Shown one piece after another: positions 1 to 10,004 of a DNA stretch of 64,000 bases (its first letter is position 1; each line of letters opens with the position of its first letter). The stretch covers positions 496,001 through 560,000 of the forward strand of contig VRMN01000002.1 of assembly GCA_008690995.1 (NCBI GenBank), in the 5' to 3' direction. This stretch comes from Porphyridium purpureum. Lineage: Eukaryota. The notes under the pieces were generated by a model. It was given only the letters and a program-made list of their open reading frames with translations, was not told the origin of the DNA and made no database searches. Made by a program: the position numbers and the translations under genes.

Positions 1-131
1 TGGCCTCATAGTCGTACACTCCGGCTGATTCGTCTCCTTCTCCGTCCGTCTTTCCGAGCGACGCACGGGAGCGAGTGGGCGTGGCGACTTGTAGGCTAAA
101 ATACAACGCCAGCGCGAGAAAGAGACACAGC

Positions 132-812
132 ATGATCACCAACGGGACGCCGGCCTGCGCCGCGCAACCCCATGGCGCCGTCCCGCAGCCGGCCTGCTCT
201 GTACCCATTTGTGCGTTCACTCTGGGACAGCTTTTCGGGGCGCGTAAGCCCTCGCTGAAGAATAAGCGCTACGCGCTGGTCTGCAAGGCGTCTGGTGGTG
301 GCGGGGAGGACGGGCACGCTTCACCGCGATTGGTTTTGAGGCAAGGGCGTAAGCAGGACCTCGCATTTATCCGCAAAAGCCTGTTCGCAGAGTCGATGAA
401 TCCTACCATTGCCGGCGTCGAGCGTTTTGTGGTTGCCGAGACAGCGGAAGAAGGGCTCAGCGACGAGGAGGGCTCGCGCAAAGTTGTCGGATTTGGTCAA
501 GTTCGACCCGTCTCGGATTCAGCCCAAGAGCTTGCCTCCGTCTTTGTTGAAAGGGAATACAGAAGGCGCGGCATTGCGTCCGCAGTGATACAAGAGCTTG
601 TGACATTGCATGCGGAGGATGAGCGGGGGATATATTTGATGACGCTCAGTCGAACTGTAGGGCTTTACGAAGCGCTTGGCTTCCGTTCGATTCCCGCAAG
701 CGAGCTGCCTTTAAGCATGCGGGTAGAATTCTTGCTCGGGCGTGTCGTCGCGCGAATAGCGGCAGGCGGGGAGTCGCTCGCCGCCATGCGACTTTTGACT
801 CCTCAGAAGTGA
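132..812 (+). CDS. GNAT-family N-acetyltransferase, probably organelle-targeted
   Basis: Acetyl-CoA motif A (ELASVFVEREYRRRGIAS) and motif B (LYEALGF). N-terminal Ser/Ala/Arg-rich extension. First ATG at 132. Confidence 0.85.
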   Translation: MITNGTPACAAQPHGAVPQPACSVPICAFTLGQLFGARKPSLKNKRYALVCKASGGGGEDGHASPRLVLRQGRKQDLAFIRKSLFAESMNPTIAGVERFVVAETAEEGLSDEEGSRKVVGFGQVRPVSDSAQELASVFVEREYRRRGIASAVIQELVTLHAEDERGIYLMTLSRTVGLYEALGFRSIPASELPLSMRVEFLLGRVVARIAAGGESLAAMRLLTPQK

Positions 813-1417
813 TGGACCTCAGACGTCGAAGAGACACCCTCAATCGGCAGGGCGCTTGTGTATGCCCTCACTGCGTCTTTCATTTCTACTCGTGACCAGA
901 TCTTTTGAGCGGGTCTAGTTGAATTGGTTCGCGATTCTGCTCGGCGTGCTAGCGTGCGCTCTTTCTGTGATGTCGTTTTGCGAGTGCGCGACCTGGATGC
1001 AGAAGCGAGCTCACAGCTAGCGATGCTCAATGTGGCCGACGAATATTACGGTGGCTGAAGGACTCATTGGCAGCACAGTTCTTCCCCGAAATCGTGTTTG
1101 TCTCGGTACCCAGACGGAATGCACTCTTCCGAGATAGCTTGTGTCATCTCCGCACTTTAGATTCGCTCGTTCCGGTCTGTATTGAAGGACCTAATGTTGA
1201 AAGCCTTTGCGGCTAATTATATGGCCTCGGTCCCTTTATGTGTGTAGGTGGGTGGGTGAATGCCTCCACGGACTGTTCGTGCTTCAAGTTTCACTCTATA
1301 TTTCAGAAATACATGTCGAAGCCTATCGGTGCATGCTCATTTACAGCAATGCAAAATCACAAGACAGAAGACGTAGCCTGCTCCTCCGCTCTGCGCGTCA
1401 TTTTTTCAGTAGGCTCG

Positions 1418-2404
1418 TTACGGCATGGTGTAATCTTGTTTTAAGGCCGGCAAAAGCTCTCGTTCAATGAGCTCCAGTACATTGTGGAGCTCTTCGATGC
1501 TACCTGGCGCGCACGTGCGCACCAAAACGAACGTCATGATGAAGGTCAGCTTTCGTCCCGAGCCATTACATAACAGGGCAATAAACGCATTATGACGTCG
1601 AGCCCTGCGTGTTCTCGAAATGGGAGGTATACTTACCGTAATTTGCCTGGATAGCATGTTCGCAAACTCCTGCACTATATTCTGCAGCGGTCACCTGCAC
1701 AGCACGTAGAGGAAGACCAACGTATTGAAATCATCAAAACGGGTGAGATGTTAGCATGGCTTTGAATCAATCTTGTCATCAACGTGGCAAACGAGCGACC
1801 ACACTTTGAGAGCTGCACTTGAGTATGCACATTTGAACGTGGACAACGCAAGCAAGGCGAAATTACCTACGTCTTCTTCAAGTCGGTTGAGACGCTCATT
1901 GGTTTGACGCATGTGTACGTTCCAGGACATGGGCTTTTCAAACGATAACTTTTTGCGCGACGCGGCGGGCGTCTCTGCACCAAACTGTCCGATTTGGCGT
2001 GCAGAGCATGGTTCGTGCTCACCTATTTCCACTGAGCCTTTCGCGTGGTCCAGTTGTGGGCGCGACTGCGGCAGCAGGCTCGCTCTGTCGGATGATCGCA
2101 AAATACTTTAAATGGGCCGCGCAGTGGTGAGTCTTCTGAATTCAAGATGAGAGCTCTTCATCTCCATGAATTGGGATCCGTGCGCCCCGCTCTGCGCACA
2201 ACACATGCATAGAATTCTTCAGGCCATACTGAAATGCGACCAAGCCCGCGTCGAGCATGATCAACCGATTGATGCAGCATACCTTTTGGTTTGCCTGCCG
2301 GGGACGCCAGCAGACGCTCTGGGCAGCGAGAAAACGCGCGGCTGCACCCGCGCCTGGCGCGTAGCACCAGTGCTCCGCGAAGGTTGCGCCGAGATCTCGT
2401 CCAT
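1418..2404 (-). CDS. Four-exon small coiled-coil protein (159 aa), possibly BLOC-1 subunit 3-like
   Basis: Exons 2404-2283, 2084-1871, 1694-1637 and 1503-1418. Donors GTATGC, GTAGGT, GTAAGT; CAG acceptors; branch-like GCTAAC and GCTGAC. Intron phases 2/0/1 join into one open frame ending ...LNRLEEDVTAAEYSAGVCEHAIQANYGSIEELHNVLELIERELLPALKQDYTMP*. Confidence 0.6.
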
Positions 2405-2427
2405 GCCGAATGAGCGTGCGGTATCCA

Positions 2428-2461
2428 TTCTGTCTCTCTCTGTCTTTGTCTCTCTCTCTCA
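2428..2461. repeat. Imperfect (TC)n microsatellite in the divergent promoter/5' UTR
   Basis: tgtctctctctgtctttgtctctctctctc. Confidence 0.6.
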
Positions 2462-2622
2462 CATACCCTCTCATCCATCCAACTGCGCGCAGCAAAAAAA
2501 GTGGCGGCGACGTACAGTGCACTGTACACGCGCCGGTGCCCGAAACAGATTCTGGCGTGCTCAGGTGTGGCGCAGATGTGGCTGGCGGTGAGTAGCTGGC
2601 GTGCGTGCGAGGCGGACGCCTG

Positions 2623-3105
2623 ATGCGGCTGAGCGCGCAGAGCGCGCGCGTGGTCGCGCTGACAAGCGCTGTTTGGGTGCTGGTCCTGGTGGTGGCCCTG
2701 TATGTCGCCGTGGCTTCGAGGTCGGCTGATTGTGACTCGGTCAATCTGACGGAGCGCCACGGCGCCGTATCCGAGGCGACCAGAAAGCAAGTCGTCGGGC
2801 GGGCGGGCTGGATGTTGATCCACTCCATGGCCGCCAAATTTCAGCCCGGCGAGGAGAGAGCGGTGCTTGCAATGCAGGGATTCCTGGAGGCCATAGCAGA
2901 GTTGTACCCGTGCGAGCTCTGCAAAACTCATTTCGGTCAGTTCTTGGACGCCTCCCCTCCGCCCATGGACAGCGCCCTGGCTTTGCTGGTGTGGACTTGC
3001 AAAGCGCACAACGAAGTGAATTCGCGGAATGGCAAGCAGCTTTTTCCGTGTGAAAAGGAGCCCCTGCAAGCCCTCTATGGAGACTGCGGCTGCGACAGTT
3101 CTTAA
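2623..3105 (+). CDS. ERV/ALR-family FAD-linked sulfhydryl oxidase, Erv2-type with N-terminal signal anchor
   Basis: GRAGWMLIH, YPCELC (CxxC), CKAHNEVN..NGK..FPC, C-terminal CGC shuttle motif, hydrophobic N-terminal segment. Confidence 0.9.
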   Translation: MRLSAQSARVVALTSAVWVLVLVVALYVAVASRSADCDSVNLTERHGAVSEATRKQVVGRAGWMLIHSMAAKFQPGEERAVLAMQGFLEAIAELYPCELCKTHFGQFLDASPPPMDSALALLVWTCKAHNEVNSRNGKQLFPCEKEPLQALYGDCGCDSS

Positions 3106-3159
3106 TGCGAAAGGGAATAACGGGAGTCTACATGCATCATTTTACAGACTTGGCATTCA

Positions 3160-5289
3160 TCAGTTTCGATACCCTGGATATCTTGGATCAGGAGCAGTGC
3201 CGTGCGCATCCACAACAGCTGGCATTGGATATCCAGGAACGGAGGAACTGATGTGCGCATCCGCAGCAGCTGGACTTGGATAGCCACGAACCGGATGGAC
3301 GGGTACTGAATCTGGTGTAGGATACCAGGCACCGCCTGGCTCCCGGGCTGAATTTCCGCGCGACGGATTCGACGTCGCATTCAGCGGCACCCCATTCACG
3401 TTTCCCGTGCTCTGATCCAGCTGGAATGCAGGATCAGACGAAAAGCCAATATCCGCTCCTGACGGCGGCCTGAACGAACTTACAGAAGTCAGAGTGGGGC
3501 TGCGCGGAGGATTTGGCTTGATGCCCTTGCTCGCAAAGAAACTCAGCAACTGGCCCGGAATTTCTTCAAGCAACGCTCCACAGAATTCTCTTTCCGCCAG
3601 ACTGCCGTCTGCTCGCTTGAATTCGTTGTATGGAACGAACTGAACGATATCGCGCGATGCGTACTTCCCTGTTGAACTGCATATCCTCTTATCATCTCCA
3701 TCCAGCACTTCCATTTTGGTGAAGTCCGCGTTGCCTACACCCACGATGATAATCGATAGACCCAGGTCAGCAGCGCCGACAATGGCATCAGTCGTATGCT
3801 TCATGTCGCTAATCTCACCATCCGTGAGAATCAGGAGCACATCATACGCTTGCGAGCTCTGGCAGGTACCGCGCGACGCTGCTGCCGAAGCGGCAGTGCT
3901 GATAATCTCTGCGAATAAGGTCGGACCGCTGAGCCGAAGCTGTCCAATTATGTTTGAGTACGCTTGCAGAACCCCGTGGATTCCGAAGACTTCCGGCTGC
4001 GCATCGTTTCCATTCACCGCAAAGCAGTGACTTTTTTCATTTCGCTTCCACGGAAGCACGGCACCGAAACCATACACAGGAAACTTTTTGTCCGAGTCGT
4101 ACTTTTCGAGCACAGTCCCAATTGCGCGAATCGCGGCTTGGTACGGATTTTCGGCGTTGGGACTGATATAATGGAGGCTGTTGATGTCACGAGGGTCACC
4201 ATTTGATGCTGTGAAGTCGATGGCAACCTGAAAGTTGATTTCAGTACCTCCACGCACAAAGTCAAGAAAAGTCGGGCGCGTCGTGATCTCACATTTTTTC
4301 ACCAGAAGCATACCGGCGCTCTTGTCCTTTCCTTTGCGTTTGGTGTTCATGAGCGGAAGCGCCTTTCTCTGCTTTTGAAGCTCAACGAGTTCATCCACGG
4401 ATGTGTTGCAGCTCCCCAAGAAATCGTGCTGCTTCACTCCAGGGTCCCAGTCCCACACTTCAATGTACATAGGACTCTGCGAGTCGCCGCCAGTCAAATT
4501 TCCCAACTTGATGTCAAGTTCTTTCCAAACTGGATTCAGGTTCTGACGAACCACGTTGCTCTTGACCGCCAAGATTTGCTCCGTCCCACTGTCTGTTTCA
4601 TTCAGGCGGAAAATCTTGAAATACGGATCACTTTTCCCCAGAAAGTCGGCTCGCAAAAGCTTTTCAGCGGCGAGCTGCAGGCTCACGTACCGATTCTGCC
4701 CATGGAGTTCTTGGGCGACGACATGAATAAACGAGGAGCCCTTTGTTTTGGGTCCCATCAATGGCACCAACAGCTTCCCACCCTTTTCAGAAACGATGGT
4801 CGCAATCTCGGTGTTGGCCTCGCCAATGTAGGTTTGTTTCTGCAGGTCCAAGTTGCCGGCATCAGCCGACTTGACTGCCCCATTGACATGATAGCACTTC
4901 ATTTGCAGATGCTGCTGCTGTTCGAAGCGGTATCGCACCTGGACGGAGCGCGCGAAAACCGGGTTTAAATTGTTGGACACCACTTCCGTCCGGCCCACCT
5001 CCCTACCGTCCATGAAAACGACCACGAACGCGTCGGTGAGGGAAAGCACGCCATCTGTGTTCGGCAGTGCGCGGCACTTGAAGTTTAAAGTGAGGGTGGA
5101 AGACAAATCTCCCTCCACAAACATGTCGTCCAAGGTGTCCTGTACATCGTCCACGATGACATTGCTGCTCGGGCGCGGCACGCCGTTCTCTGGCGCTGCG
5201 CGCGGCACGTTCTTCGCGTGCGGGTTCGAAGCCGCTTGCTCATGGCCCGCTGGTTGAAAATCCTTATCTCGCGCGAAACAATTTCCCAT
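3160..5289 (-). CDS. Copine copy 1 (two C2 domains + vWA, Pro/Gly/Tyr-rich tail), N-terminal MGNC acylation motif
   Basis: GRTEV..NNLNP, DFLGKSDPY, VWDWD, AIDFTASNGDP, SGPT.FA, LILTDG, RDIVQFVP. Confidence 0.95.
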   Translation of the reverse strand: MGNCFARDKDFQPAGHEQAASNPHAKNVPRAAPENGVPRPSSNVIVDDVQDTLDDMFVEGDLSSTLTLNFKCRALPNTDGVLSLTDAFVVVFMDGREVGRTEVVSNNLNPVFARSVQVRYRFEQQQHLQMKCYHVNGAVKSADAGNLDLQKQTYIGEANTEIATIVSEKGGKLLVPLMGPKTKGSSFIHVVAQELHGQNRYVSLQLAAEKLLRADFLGKSDPYFKIFRLNETDSGTEQILAVKSNVVRQNLNPVWKELDIKLGNLTGGDSQSPMYIEVWDWDPGVKQHDFLGSCNTSVDELVELQKQRKALPLMNTKRKGKDKSAGMLLVKKCEITTRPTFLDFVRGGTEINFQVAIDFTASNGDPRDINSLHYISPNAENPYQAAIRAIGTVLEKYDSDKKFPVYGFGAVLPWKRNEKSHCFAVNGNDAQPEVFGIHGVLQAYSNIIGQLRLSGPTLFAEIISTAASAAASRGTCQSSQAYDVLLILTDGEISDMKHTTDAIVGAADLGLSIIIVGVGNADFTKMEVLDGDDKRICSSTGKYASRDIVQFVPYNEFKRADGSLAEREFCGALLEEIPGQLLSFFASKGIKPNPPRSPTLTSVSSFRPPSGADIGFSSDPAFQLDQSTGNVNGVPLNATSNPSRGNSAREPGGAWYPTPDSVPVHPVRGYPSPAAADAHISSSVPGYPMPAVVDAHGTAPDPRYPGYRN

Positions 5290-7673
5290 GGCCTACACGT
5301 GCGCAACGAGGCGCGCGCTCCCTTTCCTCTCGCCCACGCTGGTAGCCACGCCAGCGCATTCTCAGCGCCTGTCGAAATTCGAATCCGCGTCTTCCCAATC
5401 TAACTCCGTCACCCAAACTGTACCTCGATGGGTTTAACCGTTTCGCGCGGATGCGAGCCGATCATCGGGAACATTGCGCCTGGCGCAGAAGATGCATGCC
5501 CTCTGCACGGCACGCGTGTGTGGAGTGTGCCAGGAAGTTGCCGCAGCACGCGTGGGAGTCGCTTCCATCCTTGAGCGCGGCGATGGGTTCTCGGAATCCC
5601 CCGCAGAGAGATCGGGTTGATGCCGTGCGTCTCCATCCGCTCGGGAATCGCGGGTTTGTTTGCACGCCCACGGGCTCCATCACAGACTTGTGAAACGACG
5701 CGCGTCTGCTCAACTTGGCGTGCGAAAGGCACTCGGACGTAAGGGAACAAGATGATCAGTGTTTGGGTGGCTGGACGCTGTGACTCAAAGCAATGCAAGC
5801 TTCAAAGCGCTGAGCTGGGTCTCGTAGCGGCCAGTGGGTCCATTGGCGCGTCCATTCGTGCTAGAGTGGCTCGCGCGGCGTACAGCGCGCACGGTGTGTC
5901 ACAAAGAATATTGCTTTCCGTGTTCGAGCTGTGGACACACTCGCACTAAGCAAAGGGCTATCTGATGCCAGTCGACTTTGCGCATATGCGCAACGTGGCG
6001 CCACCCAATCAGCAGGATCTTCAACGCGAGCTTGGTCGTCGCTCGCGTTTGATGGAGAGTCTGGGGCAGCAACAGGCCTCGTCTATGGTAGACCTACAGG
6101 TCGAAGTGGCCTAGGTGGACCAAGAAGGAAAAGGAATCAATGGTGACTTCGAAGGTGTACTTCTAATGGCTCTGAATATCGCAGTGTAGAAGGTGGACGC
6201 ACTAGCTGGTCTCACGGTTTGTGTTCGTGACCAAGGTGTCTGCGACCAAAGAGGAGCTCAAAAAACATGCGCAAGTGTGACGGGCTGCCATTGTATTTTT
6301 TTCGTGTGATAGCAAGCACGGACGGGTCTATCAACCGCTCGGCGAGCACCACAGGCGGGCGCCGTATCGGCGCACTGTCGTTTGAGGTGCTCGTCGATGA
6401 CACTGCGCAGATACGTCGAGTGGTTTCGCGCCTGTTCGACTGCGAGGAAGTGTCGGAAGTGAAGCACAGTAACGTCAAGTGTCTCTTTTTGTGGAAGTTG
6501 AGACCATAGATTTAGAAGAGCATGTCATCTTTTGTTCATTAGTCGCGAGATTCACCGATCTGAAACGTGTGGCTGAGGCACTGGATTAGATTCCCTCGTT
6601 CGACTTGTGACTGCATTGCTTCAGCTCGCGGAGAGACATTGCGGATTGATTAGCGCTTGCATACTCAGCGCCTTCGTGAGCGCGTCAGCGCAGGATGCGC
6701 TGACTGTTGCCTCCCATTTCTTTTTAGAATTAGTAGAACGGGACAGACGCAGAAGTTGAGTCATGTTGTTGAGCATTTGTCGAACGAGACGTGGTACCAC
6801 GCACATGGCTGAATGGGCAAATCCCGACAGATCTGCGGAAAATTATGTGCTTTGAAGGCTGAGCGTCTGTATTATCCAACTCACATTAAGAGGACGTGTG
6901 TTTGGATGTTTACTACCTTCTTGCTCCTTAGCTTTGACGAACATCCAAGTCGGGGGCTGGGAAATGCCTGCGTTCCGGGATCTCCGACATGGCTGCGGTG
7001 TCTAAATAATATGGAAGAGATGGCGTTCGCCAGCGTGCAAGGGGTTGCAGTGCGGCAAAGGTTTAATCATGGATTTGAGACGCAAGAGTTGGAGGACCGA
7101 ATTGCTTTCGTCATTTGTAGGCCTGGCTCCCGACGACGTGTTTTGCGAACCCAGAATGCCGAAAGAAACCTTTTCTGAATTTAAAACGCAGATCCTGGCT
7201 GACAAGTTTCGAGTTTGCAGGCGTTAGGCACGCTGTGGCACGTACCAGTTGCCCAAAGTCCGCGTGCATGGACAGTCTCTAGTGTGCCGGAATGGCATTT
7301 CTGGTGTCAATTTTTCGTTTCTGAAACTTTTCTGGTCGTTCTTCCCCGCAAGTCGGCTTCGAGAGTTTGAAGGTGTCTCTGCGGGATAGTTTGTCACGCC
7401 CCCTCACCCTCATGCTCCGCTCTGGCACGTGTCGGTTGACCCTTGTCGCCCAGCGCGGTTGGTCGAGTTTCCAGGTGGGTTTGAACGGCTACGATAAACT
7501 GGCTGCGTGGAAAAGTGCAGTGCTCTTTTGAACTAGTGGTCGAGAAATCCGCCGAAACGCCCCACAATCCGTGGCGCTTCCGTTTTCGTGCGCAAACAGT
7601 GCTGTTTTGTGGCAACGGAATCAAGCATTCTCACGTTTTAAAGGACATTCTGGACGAGTTTCAACTGCTTGAC

Positions 7674-9851
7674 TCAATACGTGGATCCTCCCGGTGTACG
7701 CCAAGGCTGTGTGGTGGCATATCCAGAGCCAGAGCCAGTGTTATGCGCATCCACGCTAGTTGGAATTGGATACAGAGGACCGGAGGCAGTGATGCGCGCA
7801 TCCTCAGTGGCTAGAATTGAATGGTCACGAACTGGATGGACGGGTTCTGAATCTGGTCCAGGATACCCGTGAAAGCCTCGACCCGAGACCGAATATCCGG
7901 ACGACGGATCCGGCGTCGTCTTCATCGACAGCCCATTCACGTGTGCCGAATTTTGGCCTGGCTGAAGTGGAGCCTCCAACGAAAAGCTGCCATCCATCGA
8001 AAAGCTGCCATCCATCGAAAAGCTACTACCCGCTCCCGGCGGCGGCCTGAACGAGTTCGCTGAAGTCATAGCCAGGTTGCGCCGAGGATTTGGCAGGATG
8101 TTTTGGCTCGCAAAAAAACTCAGCAACTGGCCCGGAATTTTCTCAAGCAATGCTCCGCAGAATTTTCTCTCCGCCAAACTACCGTCAGCTTGCTTGAATT
8201 CGTTGTATGAAACGAATTGGACGATATCGCGCGACGCGTACTTTCCCGTTGAACTGCATATCCTCTTGTCGTCTCCATACAGCTCTTCCATTTTGGTGAA
8301 GTCCGCCTTGCCAACACCCACAATGGTAATCGAAAGACCCAGGTCAGCAGCGCCGACAATGGCATCGATTGTCTGCTTCATGTCGTCAATCTCACCATCC
8401 GTGAGGATCAGGAGCACATCATACGCTTGCGAGCTTTGGCAGGTACCCCGCGACGCTGCCACAGACGCAGCAGTTCTGATAATCTCTGCGAATAAGGTCG
8501 GACCGCTGAGCCGAAGCTGTCCAACTACGTTCGAGTATGCCTGCAAAACCCCGTCAGTTCCCAAGACTTCCGGCTGCGCATCGTTTCCATTCACCGCAAA
8601 GCAGTGGCTCTTTTCATTTTCCTTCCACGGAAGCACAGCACCGAAACCGTACACAGGAAACAGCTTGCTCGAGTCGTACTTTTCCAGCACCGTCCCGACA
8701 GCGCGAATCGCGGCTTGGTACGGGTTCTCGGTCTTAGTGCTGATGTAATGGAGGCTGTTGACGTTAGAAGGGTCGCCATTTGATGCTGTGAAGTCAATAG
8801 CGACCTGAAAGTTGATTTCAGTGCCTCCACGCACAAAGTCAAGAAAAGTGGGTTGGGCCGTGATCTCGCATTTCTGCACCATCAGCACGCCAGCGCTCTT
8901 CTTGCTTTTGTTGCGTTTTGTGTTCATGAGCGGAAGCGCCTTTCTCTGCTTTTGAAGCTCTACAAGTTCATCCACACATGTGTTGCAGCTCCCCAAGAAC
9001 TCGTGCTGGTCCACTTTAGGATCCCAGTCCCACACTTCAATGTTTATGGGACTTTGCGAGTCGCCGCCAGTCAAATTTCCCAACTTGATGCCAACTTCTT
9101 TCCAAACTGGATTCAGGTTCTGACGAACCACGTTGCTCTTGACCGCCAAGATTTGCTCCGTTCCACTGTCTGTTTCATTCAGGCGGAAAATCTTGAAATA
9201 CGGATCGCTTTTACCCAGAAGGTCGGCTCGCAAGAGCCTGTCAGCGGCGAGCTGTAGACTCACGTACTGATTCAACCCTTGGAGTTCTTGGGCGACAACA
9301 TGAATGAGCGAGGAGCCCTTTGTTTTGGGTCCCATCAATGGCACCAACAGCTTCCCACCCTTTTTAGAGACGGCGGTAGCAATCTCGACGTTGGCCTCGC
9401 CAATGTAGGTTTGTTTCTGCAGGTCCAAGTTGCTGGCATCAGCTGACTTGACCGCCTTACTGACCTGATAGCATTTCATTTGCACAGACTGTCGCTGTTC
9501 GAAGAAGTATCGCACCTGGACGGAGCGCGCAAAAACCGGGTTCAAATCGTTAGAAACCACTTCCGTCCGACCCAACTCCTTATCGTTCATGAAAACGACC
9601 ACGAAGGTGTCGGTGAAGGAAAGTACCCCACCTAATTTCGGCAAATCGCGGCACTGAAGGTTAAAAGTGATGACAGAAAACGAATTTTTGCCAGCAAGCA
9701 TATCGTCCAAGGTGTCCTGCACATCTTCCGTGATGACCTTGGCGCTCGAGCGCAAGCCGCCGCTCGCCAGCACTGCGCCCGGCGCCGCGGGAGCCCCTGG
9801 CTCTGAGCCCGGCCCTACATAATCCCTATGCCGCCGAAAGAGATTCGCCAT
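7674..9851 (-). CDS. Copine copy 2 (most divergent paralog)
   Basis: Same C2-C2-vWA motifs as copy 1. The ATG at 9851 has the same GGCC-ATG context and homologous 5' flank as copy 1. Confidence 0.93.
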   Translation of the reverse strand: MANLFRRHRDYVGPGSEPGAPAAPGAVLASGGLRSSAKVITEDVQDTLDDMLAGKNSFSVITFNLQCRDLPKLGGVLSFTDTFVVVFMNDKELGRTEVVSNDLNPVFARSVQVRYFFEQRQSVQMKCYQVSKAVKSADASNLDLQKQTYIGEANVEIATAVSKKGGKLLVPLMGPKTKGSSLIHVVAQELQGLNQYVSLQLAADRLLRADLLGKSDPYFKIFRLNETDSGTEQILAVKSNVVRQNLNPVWKEVGIKLGNLTGGDSQSPINIEVWDWDPKVDQHEFLGSCNTCVDELVELQKQRKALPLMNTKRNKSKKSAGVLMVQKCEITAQPTFLDFVRGGTEINFQVAIDFTASNGDPSNVNSLHYISTKTENPYQAAIRAVGTVLEKYDSSKLFPVYGFGAVLPWKENEKSHCFAVNGNDAQPEVLGTDGVLQAYSNVVGQLRLSGPTLFAEIIRTAASVAASRGTCQSSQAYDVLLILTDGEIDDMKQTIDAIVGAADLGLSITIVGVGKADFTKMEELYGDDKRICSSTGKYASRDIVQFVSYNEFKQADGSLAERKFCGALLEKIPGQLLSFFASQNILPNPRRNLAMTSANSFRPPPGAGSSFSMDGSFSMDGSFSLEAPLQPGQNSAHVNGLSMKTTPDPSSGYSVSGRGFHGYPGPDSEPVHPVRDHSILATEDARITASGPLYPIPTSVDAHNTGSGSGYATTQPWRTPGGSTY
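7981..8024. repeat. In-frame 18-bp tandem duplication in the copine 2 tail (FSMDGS x2)
   Basis: GAAAAGCTGCCATCCATC x2 followed by GAAAAGCT. Confidence 0.85.
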
Positions 9852-10004
9852 GGCCGCCACGAGCGCAACGATGCAATCGCTTCCCGCTCCTCACGCCCAC
9901 CAAACTCTTGACGCGCACTACACTCGGCCCGCATCCGGTGCCAGACGGGTTCTGATTCAAATCCGCGATTTTTATGCAACAGGACGGTTTTCCTCGAGAA
10001 ACAA
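9852..10004 (-). promoter_or_regulatory. Conserved copine upstream blocks
   Basis: CTCACGCCC.CCAAACTC, TTCAAATC.GCGATTTTTA and TTCCTCGAGAAACA are shared with 15495-15592. The ATG-proximal part is shared with 5290-5340. Confidence 0.55.

Noticed and set aside
1629..1640. ATACTTACC resembling the 5' end of U1 snRNA
   Set aside because: No U1-70K loop or Sm site follows. It is the reverse complement of the GTAAGT donor of the minus-strand spliced gene.
2142..3069. Minus-strand ORFs of 231 and 303 aa
   Set aside because: Shadows of the Erv gene and the microsatellite. The supported minus-strand gene starts in the third frame at 2404.
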